A stretch of 63,954 nt of DNA from Reclinomonas americana ATCC 50394 (lineage: Eukaryota), in assembly GCA_048213135.1 (NCBI GenBank), contig PS015119.1:53746-117699 (forward strand). The letters run 5' to 3'. Position 1 is the first letter of the stretch; every line of letters begins with the position of its first letter. The notes beneath the pieces are model-generated. The model was given only the letters and a program-made list of their open reading frames with translations. It was not told the origin of the DNA and did no database searches. This document shows, one piece after another, positions 28,807 to 41,620 of the stretch. The translations under genes and the position numbers were made by a program.

Positions 28807-29082
28807 GTGAGAGCGTCACACACTCAAGACTCAAAACACACACGCAGAAACGCAAAGAAAGAAAGAGAGAGACGAGGCGCAGAGAACAGAAACAAACAAC
28901 ACAAGGTGCCCTTTTCTCGTCACAATCCCGCAAAATCCTCCGTGCAACGTTCACTGCGAGCCGGATTGTCTGCGTGGACAATCAACAAACGGCCATCTTT
29001 CTAATCGGTCAACGAGATCACGCCGCGTGCCTTTGAAAGACAGAGACAGACGGAGAAAGAGTGACTGTTGCCTCGCACTCTC

Positions 29083-32000
29083 ATGTCACGCAAACCGGGC
29101 ATGGCTCGTGTGCCCTCGGGCTCAGTGGCAGCCAGTTGTGTCTCAGTCGGACACGTGCTTGTGTGTGTTTGTCTCACACACACTCTCTCTCTCTCTACGC
29201 ACACAGGCGACGCACCCGCCAGTGTGGGCAGCAGTGGTGGCGCCGCATCTGGCGATGTGGATGCGTTTCCCGATGTGCATCACCGCATGAGCAAGAAGAT
29301 CGCACAGCTGTTGTGTATGATATTTCGGGGTAGGCTGTTTGGTATGTTGCGTGACTGACTGATGGTCTGTGTGTGTGCGTGCACAGAACCAAGGTCATCT
29401 ATCACCTCAACACGCAAAACGACAATCATCGATGGGAGATGCAGGCGCTGGCCGACTCGTATGAGAAGGAGATCGAGGATGTTGAGTCTCTCTGCGCTGG
29501 CCTCTCACTCTCGCACGTTCACTCACCCGATCGACTATGTGTGTGTAAAAGGTGGTCCGCGATGCCAATGCCAAGATGACTGTGTACAGGCAGCAAGTGG
29601 AGGCGGCGAAGAACGATCGGAAGACGGCGGATGCGCTCAAGCGACTGGCCGAGGATCACCAGCGAGAGAAGGAGGCAGCGATTCGCGAGTTTGAGGAGTT
29701 CCAGCGTCGCTCGCAGGACGAGCTGAAGCAGACGAAGCGTGATGCGACGCAGAGAATAGAGGCCATGGGATCGGAGCTGGCCTCGCTCAAGCAGGAGATG
29801 CAGCGACGTATCAAGGCCTTTTCCGATGCACTGGAGGTGGCTCGTGCCGGGTCGAACCAGTCGCTGCAGGCCATGATTGAGGCGCATCAGGTCAGTCCGT
29901 TTGTCTGTTTCTGCGTGTGTGCGTGTGTGTGCGAGTCTCTCATTGCCGGTGTCGCCAGACCGAGGTGGCCAACTTGGTGCGCGAGAGCAACGAAAAGTAT
30001 CATCGCATGCTGGCGCAAAAGATGGCCGAGCAGGAGGAGCTGCGTGCGGAGATGGAGGCGGAGCAAGAGAAGGCGCTGAAGCGGCTGCGCGCGGAGCTCG
30101 CTGCCGAGGCCGACAAGTCGTCACGTGCCGCCACGCGAGCTCTCCGAGAGGAGCTGGAGAAGCAAGTGGAGGAGGAGAAGGCTCGTGCCGATCGCCTCGA
30201 TGCCGAAGTCAAACGTCTGCGCGGTGTCGAGACGCGTCTGAACACGGAAGTGATGGAGCTGAAGCGGAGTGTTGCGTAGTCGATTTGATTGATGGAAACG
30301 GGTGGCGAGTCAGTTGGCTGACGCACATGTGTTCTCTGCGCAGAACACGACACTGGAGGAGCAGCTGAATCAGCGAGCCGCAGATTTGGGTCGTGAACGC
30401 GCCGAGCGTGGTGCGGCGGAGATGGAGCTGCGGGCGTTGCAGGATCGCATGAATAAGGCAGTGCAAGGTGTGTGAGTCTCTTTTCTTTTCTCATCATGTT
30501 TTCGGGGAAGTTGCTCACCTGCGGACAGACCGCGAGAACACCATCGATGCTGTGCGCGCCGAGGTTGCCACGCTGCAAGAGACCGTGAAGCGACTCACCA
30601 TGGAGCTCGAGGTGTGTGTTTGGTGTATGATTTCCCTGCTGTCTGGTATATTGGTGGACGCTGATGACACTTTGCTTCTTGCTGTAGCAAACCCAAACGG
30701 GTTCGTCGGACGTACAAATGCAGCTGCATGACTCGCGCAAGGAGAACGAGTCGTTGCGCACGCAAGTCGGTCAGCTGAAGGCCGAGGTTAATAAGCTGGC
30801 CAATGAGGAGTCGGCACTGCAAGAAAAGGTTGGTGTGCGTCGCGGCACCTCCTCTGATGCACGCCATTCACACACTCACGTGACGTCACAGATTGCCGAC
30901 ATGGAGCAAGAGACGGACGTGCTGAAGAAGGTTGTGATGGAACGCGACGGCGAGATCGACAGGTTAAAGGATCGGATTCACTCGCTCAACGAGGAGATGG
31001 CACAGGCTCGCCGCGATGCCGAGGCTGAAAAACGTTTCGTGTGGTTGGGGTGTGAAAGTAGGTGTGCAACTGCTGACTTCCCTTTCGTGCAGGGCGTCTC
31101 GAGGGTGACATTGCCTCTCTGGAGCAGGTGCGTGCCATCCCTCGCAAAGAATGTGCAAGTCACTGATGGCTGACTGGCTGACCGATGCTGTGTGTGTGTG
31201 CGTGTGCAGAGGGCTCGTCAGATTGCCTCCGAGTCGTCGTCTTCGACAGCGGAGTTGCAGGAGCAGAGTCGTCTGGCGATGGACAATCTGCGCTCGCAGC
31301 ACAGGAAAGCACTGGATGAGTTGCACGCGCAGATGGAGGAGAAGAAGACGCGAGAGATTTCGGAGATGATGATCAAGCACGCCAAGGAGATTGAGTCGTG
31401 GAGCCATCGTCTGGGAGCCAAGGAGAGCGAACTGGAGGCGTTACAGGAGGCACTGAAGGCACGAGCGAACTTGTCGTCGGAGGAAGTGCAAGCACTGCGT
31501 GAGCAGCTCGCACAGTTGAAGACCGCCAAGGAGAAGAGCGAGCATGAGGCGCACGCACAGCTTCAGCAAGCGTACGCTTCGGCGGCCGCCAAGGATGCCG
31601 AGATGCAAGCAATGCTGGAGCGCCTGCGAGTTTCGTGCGATATTTCTTTGCCATTTAGTGTGTGCGATTTGTTTTGCCGACGACACTGGCACACAGAACG
31701 ACAAGCAAGCAGTGGAGAAGGAACTGGCCACACTCCGGCAACAGCTCGAATCCGAGCGAGTTGCGTCGCAAGCTCTCCGATCTCATCTGGAGTTGACTTT
31801 GTGATCTTAACACTCTCCCCCGCAGGCCAATGCGCAGAATGCCAGTGGTGATGTGGCGCAGTTGAGGCAACAACTGGCCGATTCTCAACGGCAACGCGAA
31901 AGCGAGCGTACGGAGGCCGAGCAGAGGCTACGCAGCGAAGTGAAGCGCGTGACCGAGGAGATCACTCGCAAATGGTTTGCTGGAAAGCCACTCACCAAAG

Positions 32001-33968
32001 TTTTTCCTTCTGTTCTCACCCCCATTTTTTGTGCGGTGCAGGACCGACGACGTGGAATTCAAGTTGCACGATCAGAAGAGCCGACTGACGGCAGAGCACG
32101 AAGTTGCGCCTCTGGTCCCCCACTGCAGCATGCAGTGCGCTCTTGCTAATTATGTGTGCGACGCAGGGTGCCATGAGGAAGCTCGAGCAGAGCAAGAACG
32201 ACGAGATTGCACGACTGACTGCGGAACTCAACACCGCCAAGAGCCAATCGGAGGCCAGCAGCCGCTCGCTGCAGTCTCAAATGCAGGAGGAACTCAGTCG
32301 TATGCAAGCGGTGCGTGCTATAATGCTGCAATCCTGTGAATATCAATCTCACCGTGCGTGTGCCCTCGGCAGGAGTTGGAAAGAGTACGCGCCGCGGAGC
32401 AGGGCTCCAAAGACGCACTGCAGCGCAAGCTGGAGAGCGACTTGGCACAACTGCGCTCACAGTTGCGCCCACCCCACTTGTCGTGCTTTGTCTCTCGATG
32501 ATTCGAGTGCTCAATTGCTGCGCTGCGTGCAGACATGCGGCCGAGTTGCAACGTGTGCGTGAAGAGGGTGAGAAGCAGTTGCGCGACGCCGTGGCCAAGG
32601 CGCAACGCGAGGGCGACGATCGTGTGGAGGCCGCAAAGCGTGAGCTGCAGGCGCAGATGCAGGCTGCACTGGCGGTCAGTGTTCATCAGACTGAATAGTT
32701 TGCTGGTTCTTCGCAAAAGCTCACCTGGTTTGAAACGTGTGCAGGATGCCAAAAACAAGGCCGACCAGGCCCTCAGCAAGGCGGCTTCTGACATGGCCGC
32801 GGCCAAGGACGCCGACAAGAACAGTGCGCTCGAAGCGTTGCGAGCGGAATTTGCTCGCGAGAAGCAGGCACTCACGGCTCAGCATGCCACCGTGCTGGCC
32901 GACTGGGAGCGGCGCAAGAGCGAGTGGGCAAGTGAAAAGACCGCCCTCGAAGGCGACAAGACGCGCCTGACGGTAATGCCACTTGCGAACTCGATATGTT
33001 GTTGTTTTGGATGACTTGACTGAGATCTGGCTGGCGCAGAACGACGTGCATCGCGTACAATCGCAACTGTCGCAGCTGGAGAACGACTTGCAGACGGCCA
33101 ACAACGAAATCAGAAGACAACTGAACGAGATGATGGAGACGAAGCGGCAGTTGGTGGATGAGATGGCTCAGCGCGAACGCGAGCTGAAGCACGAGCGAGA
33201 TCGTGCACTGGCCGCTCTCGATGCCTCCCACCAAGGCGTGATTGCACGCATGAATGAGGACTTTGGTCGGGCACGCGAGCTGTTTGAGCAAAAGGACGCG
33301 CTGTGGGCGCAGAAGTTGCGGCGCACGCGCTTGGCTGAGGGGTATGAAGATGAGAATGATGATGATGATGCTCACTGTGTTATTCTGTGCCTTCACCAGA
33401 TATGCGGAACTGGAGGACCGCTGGATGCATCGCGAGAGCCGCCCCGAGGACCTGCAGCTCATTCACGATCTGCAAGAGGAGCTTGGCATGACGCAGGAGC
33501 GACTGGCCAAGGCCATCGAGGACATGAAGCTGTACAAGTTGGAGCTCATCAACCGCGAGGAGTCCTACAACAAGACCTTTGGCAGATCGCCCACTGTCGG
33601 CGTGATGAACCCGGTGGGCGGCAGTAACAAGTCCAACGGCAGCGCTTCTGGTGCCGGCAAGCCGCTGCAGAAGCAAAAATCGGCCACCAACGGCATGCAG
33701 CTGGGAGGTATTCCCGGTGGCCTCCCGCCTGTGCCCTCGGCCGCTGGCAGCAGCGGCCGAGCGCCAAGTGTGACACGTACTGGCCCCGCAGGTCCCTCTA
33801 GGTGAGTGGGTGGGAGTCGGGCGAAATTCACTGCACGTGTGTGTCGATAGTCTCTAACCGAGAACAGTCGGTGGTAATTCTTTATGTTCGTTGGTGTGAC
33901 TGAGCAGGCCACCATCGGTCACCAAGGCATCTGGGTCAACGACTCCGACTCGCCTGCCCCCTAGTTGA
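29083..33968 (+). CDS. FAM184-like coiled-coil protein
   Basis: The spliced N-terminus MSKKIAQLTKVIYHLNTQND and the C-terminus RESRPEDLQLIHDLQ...MKLYKLELINREESYNKTF are FAM184A/B hallmarks. All introns were traced in frame to TGA at 33966-33968. Confidence 0.85.
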
Positions 33969-34045
33969 CAATGTTATGTGAAAAGAAAGCGAAGAAGACG
34001 AGAAAAAGTAGTGTGTGAAATTCGAATGAAAAATGTTGTGCGTGT

Positions 34046-35766
34046 TTACTCATTGAAGCGGGCGGGTGAGAATGGTCGCAAGTCGAACAACGAGCACTCC
34101 CCGTCCAGCAGCAACTCGGCGACAGCAGCACCGGTGGCAGGGGCGTTGAGGATTCCTGGATTGAGGGAAAGAGTGAGATGGCAGAGAAGGATAAGGAATG
34201 GCAAGTGAAAGGCAGACCCCAGCATGAGTGGCCCGACACCATGTGGATGGTGTTGTGGGAACCAGTCAGTGGCCCGACAATGGGCACATCGTCGTCGGTG
34301 GTCGGCAGGAAGCAGGCCTGGATGGTGTCGACGACGGCACCGCCCTCCTCCGGATCAAGCGCGGTGGAGATGGAGGCCGCCACGTGCTTCAGTACCTGTG
34401 GCAACGAATTGATGGTGAGTGGCGAGTGAAGAGGAGACTCGGGAATAGCATGCACCTCGGCAGACGCGGCATCTGGCTCGACTTCGTCGGGCGATGAGGG
34501 CTGCATGCAGGAGAAGATGAGAAGCTCGTTGCATGACACAAGCGCACTCTCGCACTGCTGCCTCACCAGTACAGCACTCCGGTTCGAGGCACCACAGATG
34601 TAGACCTTGCCCGAGGGACGTGGATAGACCTCGGGGTCGGCGTGGCTGCCGTTGGCCAGGGTGAAGTTGAGGAAGAGGGCGGTGCCACTGATGGGGCGTG
34701 CGGGCTCCAGCACAATCGAGTGCGCCTTGAGACCACCGACGCGCGGCACCTGGATGCCGTACTGCTCGAGCTCCCATTCGTCGAGCACGCACCCCGTCCA
34801 CGGCCCCATGGCCAGCACTGCTCGTGCACGTGCGCGGTGAGCGCAAGAATTTATTTGCTTCTTCTCTCAGCACCTGCCACTCACCCACAGTGTCGCACTC
34901 AATAGGCTCGTCGCGCCCATCGACCAACACCCCTCGTGCACGCCCATCGGCCTCCTACTCGCACCAAACACGGTCACAGACAACCGCACAGACGACAGCC
35001 ACACTCACGCAGACTGACGCGCGCGCACCACTCGCAAACCCGTGGCCCGACCGATGACCAGCTCGCACCGCCCAGTGGCCACCGCAGCCTCCATCAACGC
35101 CTCAGTCAGCTTGCACGGATGCACCTGTGCCGTGGTGTCGGGCGTGCCCAGCTGCTCCACCTGCGTCGGCGGCACACGACCATCCAGCCACTCGAGCGGA
35201 CGCTCCTGTGCAGACAACTTGACCGAGGGCGCCACCACGGGCTTGGCGCCGGCCGCACGCTGCTTCGGTGCACGCTCCGATGCACTCACAGACAACTGTG
35301 TGGTGAGGCACGATGAGGAGAAGGGCAGCGATCGCAGCGAGGAGGAGAATCACCGTCTCCAGTCGACGGTACTCGATGTTCTCCGCGCCAAAACGATCCG
35401 CCAGTGTGTTGTGTAACCTGCTGCAGTGGTGAGCACGCACAGAGGAGCAACGGAGGCACGGAAGACGTGACGCACTCGAACGAGATTCGAGCCATGGCTG
35501 CAGACAGAGAGCGAGAGAATATGCGCATAAATGCACGAGTGGAGGCGTGTGGAGGAAGACAAAGAGTGATGCACGCAACGACCCACTGGACCGCCATCGC
35601 ACCACGACTTGGCGAGGAATCCGCCTGCACGCGCAGAGGCAGCCGCCGCCACTCGTGAGCGTTCGAGGCAAATGACGCGCACAGTGGCCGCCTGTGGATG
35701 CGTGCACAGGTGGTAGCAGATGCTGCTGCCAATGACACCGGCGCCGATAACACAGATGGTGACCAT
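34046..35766 (-). CDS. FAD-dependent oxidoreductase, DAO family (yeast Tda3-like)
   Basis: Rossmann motif ICVIGAGVIG, plus AASARAGGFLA, TTAQVHP, VVLAMGPW, DPEVYPRP, QACFLP and GHSCWGILNAPATG. Confidence 0.88.
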
Positions 35767-36177
35767 GGCGTGAGAGGGAGAAGAGAGGGGGAAGGGAGAG
35801 AGAGAGGACAATCCAAATCCGGACACACGGTGAGACAACCCGCCACTTGCAGAGCTTTGAAGCTGTGCTGGTTGGGGGAGTGAACAAGAGTACTGTACCG
35901 TACGCGCTGCGAATGCGGTTGAAGTTGGTCTACACAAGCCACTGATTGGCGCTCTTGCTGACGAAATCTGTGCGCAGTTTTTCCGAGTGTATCGCGAAGT
36001 TGTCTGTGAAACTTTCTCGGCGACGGCTTCTGAGCAGCACTGGCCACCATTCTCATAGTCACCACGTGCACCACCACCACCGGACTCAGTCACGTGCACT
36101 GCCGATATCAATTGCAACCATTTTCCGAAAACTGTGGTGTCCTCTCGTCACACACACGCGCACTCTGCCATTAACGC

Positions 36178-36891
36178 ATGAGCGCCGCCGACGTGGTCTT
36201 CGAGTTCTCCACCTCCTCCTCCACCTCGCCACTTCGCCTTCGCGGCTTTGCGAATTCGGCGGACCAATGCGCCTCTCATCTCTCGTGCACGGGTCTCACG
36301 CAATGGAGTGGCGGTCTCCGATTGGCCGCGTTTCTCACACGCGAACCGCAACGCGTCTGTGACTTGCGAGTGTTGGAGTTGGGTGCGGGCCTTGGCCTCC
36401 TCTCGGCGGTGAGCGCACGACTGGGTGCGCGGCAGGTGACTGCCACGGACGGCGATGCAGATGCCATGGTTTTGTTGCGCGAGAATCTCTCGGCCAATCG
36501 GTGTGCGGACGTGGTGCACACGGAGACGCTGTGGTGGGGCGATGCGTCGAGTATGGACCGTGTACATGCACACTGCCAGCAACTCGATCGCGAAACTGCG
36601 CAAGCAGTAGCGGAGTCGTCGTGCGACTTGGTGGTCGGTGCCGACTTGCTGTACGACGGAAACGCCAGAGAGTGTTGTGGACCGCTGTTCCGCACAGCTC
36701 GAGCATTCGCCTCCTCGTTTCTGTTGGCGTTTCGACGTCGCGGAGTGCCGCTCGATGAGGTGATGGAGTGCGCGGAGAAGGCGGGATTCGGCACGAGTCG
36801 TGTGCTGGCCGTGTGGGACATGTTTGAGAATGAGTGTGGGTGTGAGCTGACGGACTTTTGGGAGGAGTGTATAGTGGAGTTTGTGGTGTGA
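36178..36891 (+). CDS. SAM-dependent protein-lysine methyltransferase, family 16 (METTL21/EEF2KMT-like), single exon
   Basis: 237-aa ORF with TGLTQWSGG, VLELGAGLG, TDGD, LWWG and the DxxY motif GADLLYD. Confidence 0.88.
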   Translation: MSAADVVFEFSTSSSTSPLRLRGFANSADQCASHLSCTGLTQWSGGLRLAAFLTREPQRVCDLRVLELGAGLGLLSAVSARLGARQVTATDGDADAMVLLRENLSANRCADVVHTETLWWGDASSMDRVHAHCQQLDRETAQAVAESSCDLVVGADLLYDGNARECCGPLFRTARAFASSFLLAFRRRGVPLDEVMECAEKAGFGTSRVLAVWDMFENECGCELTDFWEECIVEFVV

Positions 36892-37529
36892 TGGTAAACA
36901 TGGGGAAGAAGAGGTGAAGACCAACAACAACAACAAATTCATTGACCAACAAACTCAACACAAGCACCAACTTTTTGAGGGCAGCAGCAGGTTTCCTGTG
37001 TGTGTCGAGTCGAGAATTCAATTCTGCATGTATGTAACAAAGGAGATATACGAAGCGTGTCTAACACTCAGCATTTCTGGGGTCGAGTACAGCACATGCA
37101 GCTAGGAATAGAAGGCCCAAGTGAGGTTGCAGGTCGACGTGGATCTAGATGCAGCGGTGGTACGGAGAGAATTCCAGTCTGTCGATTTCGATATCGCAGC
37201 AGGGCATCGACAGTTCGGCTTCTGCCTTTGCTGTAAGGGGCAATTCGTATTCCTGCTCTGAGATCGTCTTGCAGGTGCGCAGTTACTTGGGCGAGCGGGC
37301 CTGTGGTCTGCGTTCCAGAATTCGAATTCCATCGGATTCGATATCGATACAAAAACTGATCAGACATCGATTTGCATTCTGGAGAACGTGCAACCAAGCA
37401 GCCACCAGCGATTACGATGCTGCGATAGCCGAGAGAATACAGCAAGGCAACCCTACCCGAATTCTTCCGAAAAATTCACTCGTCTCATCTCCATTTCACA
37501 CCGTGAGCCTCGACGACGAACGCGTTGAC

Positions 37530-38148
37530 ATGACGCAACCTCCCTCCCCTGACACCTTCTCCGACGAGACCCTGTGTGGATGCTGCAACGACCCGTTGTC
37601 ATGGTGCTCTCTATCTCCCCCTCCTCTCTCTCTCTGTGCTCAACATGATCATGAATGTCTTACTGGCTCGCTTTGCGACACACACGCACACACACACACG
37701 CAGCTTCTACTCCTTCTTCTTCCCATGTGTCCAAACGGGCAACAACTGCCTCGACACCAAGCTGGCTCACGAAAACGCTCCCATCAAGTGCGACTGCTGC
37801 CACTGGATCGGTGGATGTACCATCGGCGCCTTCCTGTTCCCCTGCTGGGCAGTGTGTGAGCGACGCCGTGTGCGCAGAGTTTCGCACTCTCTTCCCACCA
37901 CCTCCTCCCTCCCTCTCTCTCTCTCATGCTCATCCTTGCCAACAACGCAGATCCCGCTGCTGAATGGTGTCAAGCAGAATGCGGGCTACTGCTGCACCGA
38001 CTGCTTTGCCGGCTTCTTCTGCCCGTGCTGCAGCACGGCCGAGGTACACCGCGTGTTGCACAACAAGCTGAGACCGAACCTGTTCGTGGCCGACTTTAAG
38101 GAGTCCAAGAGGCCATCGTATCCGGCCTCCAGCTCCACCGTGTTTTAG
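37530..38148 (+). CDS. PLAC8/cornifelin-like Cys-rich protein (3 exons)
   Basis: LCGCCNDPLSCFYSFFFPCV...DCFAGFFCPCCSTAEVHR matches the PLAC8 pattern. Two GT-AG introns. Confidence 0.8.
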
Positions 38149-38311
38149 AAGCAGGAGCATTTTCAACATTCTTTCTTTTCCGTCTCTCGTGGCCATTCGC
38201 CAACGCACGGCAGTGAATGCAACTGCTGCTGCTGCTGCTGCTGCTGCTAACTTAACTACTGCATGCTCGTCTATTATATTACTACCAACTACACAGAGGG
38301 CCTCTTCTTCG

Positions 38312-40606
38312 TCAATCAGCCGAGTCGCTGTCGGTCACCGCCCCGGCGCTGTTGTATCGCTCGAGCAGGCGGCCGCGCGGACCGACTGTGCCGGAGAGCT
38401 GCGGGCTGGACTTGGAGCGCATGAACACGCTGCAGAGGCTCTGCTCGCCCGGCACGCCGACTTTGATGGGGAAGCCGTAGTGGCCGGTGCCCTTGTGCAC
38501 GTAGAGTACGTTGGTGCCCTTGGCCCACACGTCGCAGTCGGGGATGCGCGCCAGGCTGACCACGGTGGCGCGCAGGCCCAGTGAGTAGAGGCCAATGTGC
38601 CCGCCGTGCGTGTGGCCCGACAGCACCAGCGCGTTGTAGGTGTCGGGAACAAAGTTAAAGTCTGGTGTGTTGCATAGAAAGAGATTAGACACACCAAGCA
38701 TACACAAACGCACGCACACGCCACACGAAACGTGCAGGGTTGTGCAGCAGCAGCAGTCTGAGGTCGGCGTCAGGGCGCGGAGGGAAACGTTCACACAACT
38801 GCGACAGGAGGCACGAGTGAGAGCGCGCTGCAAAAGAAATCGCTTCTGCCGTCGTCAGCCAAACCTCCTCTACGCGGGCCTTCTGGTTGGCAAAGTAAAA
38901 ATCAAAGCCGACCATCTGCACATTGACTCGGCGACCATGGTCGACCTCTGCGAGAGCGACCCCGGAGTGAGCAAATCCAGGTGTGGTTAGCACAGCACAA
39001 AAACGAAAGACTTGCCGACGCTGATCACTTGCTCCTGGTTGACCAGCAGGGGGATGCCCAACTCCTGGAACACTGTGTGCACGAAGCAGAGAGGATGAGG
39101 AGAAGTCGAGACACGCCACTCTGCACCATGAGTCGACTCACCGCTGGTCACCATGGGAAGGTTCTCGTGATCGTGGTTCTGTTGATAACGGAGAGGTGAG
39201 CCGTGGCGATGCGCGATGCATGCACCAACGCCAACGCAACTCCCAGACACGCGAACACACGGCCACGACGCGCCCATTCCTCCAAGGCGCTGAATGCGCG
39301 CACCAGGATCGGCCGAGCCGAGTCTTGATTGGTCTCGACCGTGAGGTAATCGCCGGCTGCGCAAGAATTCGCTGTCAGTGTGTGCGGACGGAGACGGCGC
39401 GACATGAGACGAACGCACTGAGAATGATGAGGTGCGGATTGCGTGCAATGGCGTCGCTAATGATCCAGCTCAGGCGCTCGGGAGACATGAACGGTCCAAT
39501 GTGCGGATCGGTGATCTGGAAGAGACGCAGCTCGGCGATGTCGTCGTCCGAGTTCACCACCAGCTTACGGTGCTTGTCAACCTCCGAGATGAGATACTCT
39601 ACAGCCGCACCATCACAGTCAGGTGCGCACTCGGCACAGGATTCAAATGCCTCAACACACCTTTGTTACCGCGACGGACGCTGACAAAGGCCGGAGCATG
39701 TCGATCCACATCGTGCAGGCGAAGGCCAAACTGCACAAACAAGTGAGCGATGTGCGCTCACCCTCTCAGTTCCCATTCTACTCACCTCCGACTGGAGCGA
39801 GAATCGGCTCTGGAAGAACGTCAGGCAGCACACGACAAAGAAGAACGCCCACACACACAGTGGGTACCACGGCCGGCCCTGCAGGTGGTCACCGTCAGGC
39901 AACTGCATCGAGCTCACACACAGCCACACAAAGCACCAACCGGCGGGTCGAGGAACAGCAGGCGCGAGATGAGCACCACCGGAAAGGTCAGCCCGACCGA
40001 CGCCTGTGCACGCTTCCGTCAGCACAGCTCCATCGCAAGGGGGAGGGAACAGAACGCAACGACAAACACAAAGCCCGGGTACGTCACAAACACCTTCCAC
40101 AGAGTCGGCTTCACGCCAGGTCGCACATACGACAGCAGCTTGCGCACGTGCACACAAGACAGTGAGCGCACGATCGATGATAATCGCAGCGAGGCAGCTT
40201 ACCTGCAAGAAGGCGAGTGTGACCATGCCAAACCACGCATAGTTCAAGTAGGCGAACCAGAACGGCTGCGTCTGGTCGGCGACAAAGAGATAGTCGCCAG
40301 AGACAAAGTCTGCAACGAAACAGTGAGTGAGTGTGAGAAAGAGAGACAGAAAGAGTGCGATTGGTATGCGGACCTGCGGGTGGTTGTCGACCAAGCCACG
40401 GCTCAAAGCACGCATTGTACACAAACATAAAGACCAGCTGTGCACGCAGAGGTGAGCACACACGAGAGAGACTGAGAAAAAGAGAGGATTGATTGCCGAA
40501 CTTGCGGAACAGCGACAAAGGCCTTTGTGCGCGGGCTCTTGCGCGGTGTAAAGCACACGCTCAGCAGCGCCAACAGGATGCAATAACACGAAAAGATCGA
40601 CAACAT
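38312..40606 (-). CDS. Membrane-anchored calcineurin-like metallophosphoesterase (TMPPE/YkuE-like)
   Basis: N-terminal hydrophobic helices, then the motifs ITDPHIG, TGDY, LGNHDHE (across the 39179-39240 intron), LLLHNP and LSGHTHGG. Confidence 0.85.
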
Positions 40607-40695
40607 CCTCCTCTCACACAACGTGGCAGTCAATGTGTGTTCGGTAATGCGATTGGCCAGGCGTTCTTCTCGCTCGCTCGCAACTCCGATCCTCA

Positions 40696-41491
40696 ATGAC
40701 AAGTGCGCAGCAGGTCAACGACATTTACCGGCTTCCCGAGGGCCTTCCGGTGCCAGAGGACGACGGTGCATGCGATCACTTGCAAGCAGCGATTGTCACC
40801 AGCAGTGTTCTGCTTGGTGTGCACATGGACGACGATGCAGTGGTGCAAGTCGATCTGGGGGCGCTGCGCGGACGCACAGTGGTCTATTGCTTCCCGCGCA
40901 CGGGTGAGCCGGGCAAGGCGGCGTTGGTGGAGGAGTGGAATGAGATCCCGGGGGCACGAGGGTGCACACCACAGAATTGCAAGTTCCGCGATGAGAGCGC
41001 GCGGTTTGCGAGGCTGGGTGTGGCGGTGTATGCGCTGAGTAGGTGCGGAGGGAGAGCACGTGGAGGGAGAGAGAGCAGTGTGCTGATGGATGGGCTGCAG
41101 CATGCCGCTGGATTACACGAAGGCCATGGTCGATCGCTTGCATCTGCCGTACCCGGCGCTGTGTGACACGGACTTTGCGTTTTGTTGCGTGTGTGGGGCG
41201 TGCGAGTGAGAGTTCCTCTTCTGTCTCCTCTCACTGTGTGCAGGCGATGCGCTGCGGCTGCCGACGTTTGAGATTCATCCGGTGGGTGCCGATCGCCCGC
41301 TGCGGCTGTACAAGCGACTGGCGATGGTGCTGCGCGACGGCGTGGTGGAGAAGGTGTTTTATCCGGTGAGTACGCACTGCGTGTGTGCGTCTCTTTGTGG
41401 AGGTCCTTCACTCATGAGAGAGCAGGTGTTCCCGCCCGACAAGTGCGCCGACACGGTGCTGGAGTGGCTCGAGGCAAACCCTGTCATGTAA
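40696..41491 (+). CDS. Peroxiredoxin, BCP/Redoxin type (4 exons)
   Basis: LPEGLPVPEDDGACDHL, VVYCFPRTG, IPGARGCTPQNCKFRD, RLHLPYPALCD and KVFYPVFPPD. Confidence 0.88.
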
Positions 41492-41620
41492 CACGCGCTC
41501 GTACACTCTTTTGTTTACGTTTTTTCCCCCACTTCCCCCTCACGACAGAGAGGCCACAACCAAACAATCATTCCCACCGCAAGCACGCACGTCCGTTTCG
41601 TCTAATTCACCACCGCGTGA

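Noticed and set aside
31788-31825. Possible GA-AG non-canonical intron in the FAM184-like gene
   Set aside because: An upstream GT donor at 31760 (GTTGCGT) restores the frame with a normal intron length.
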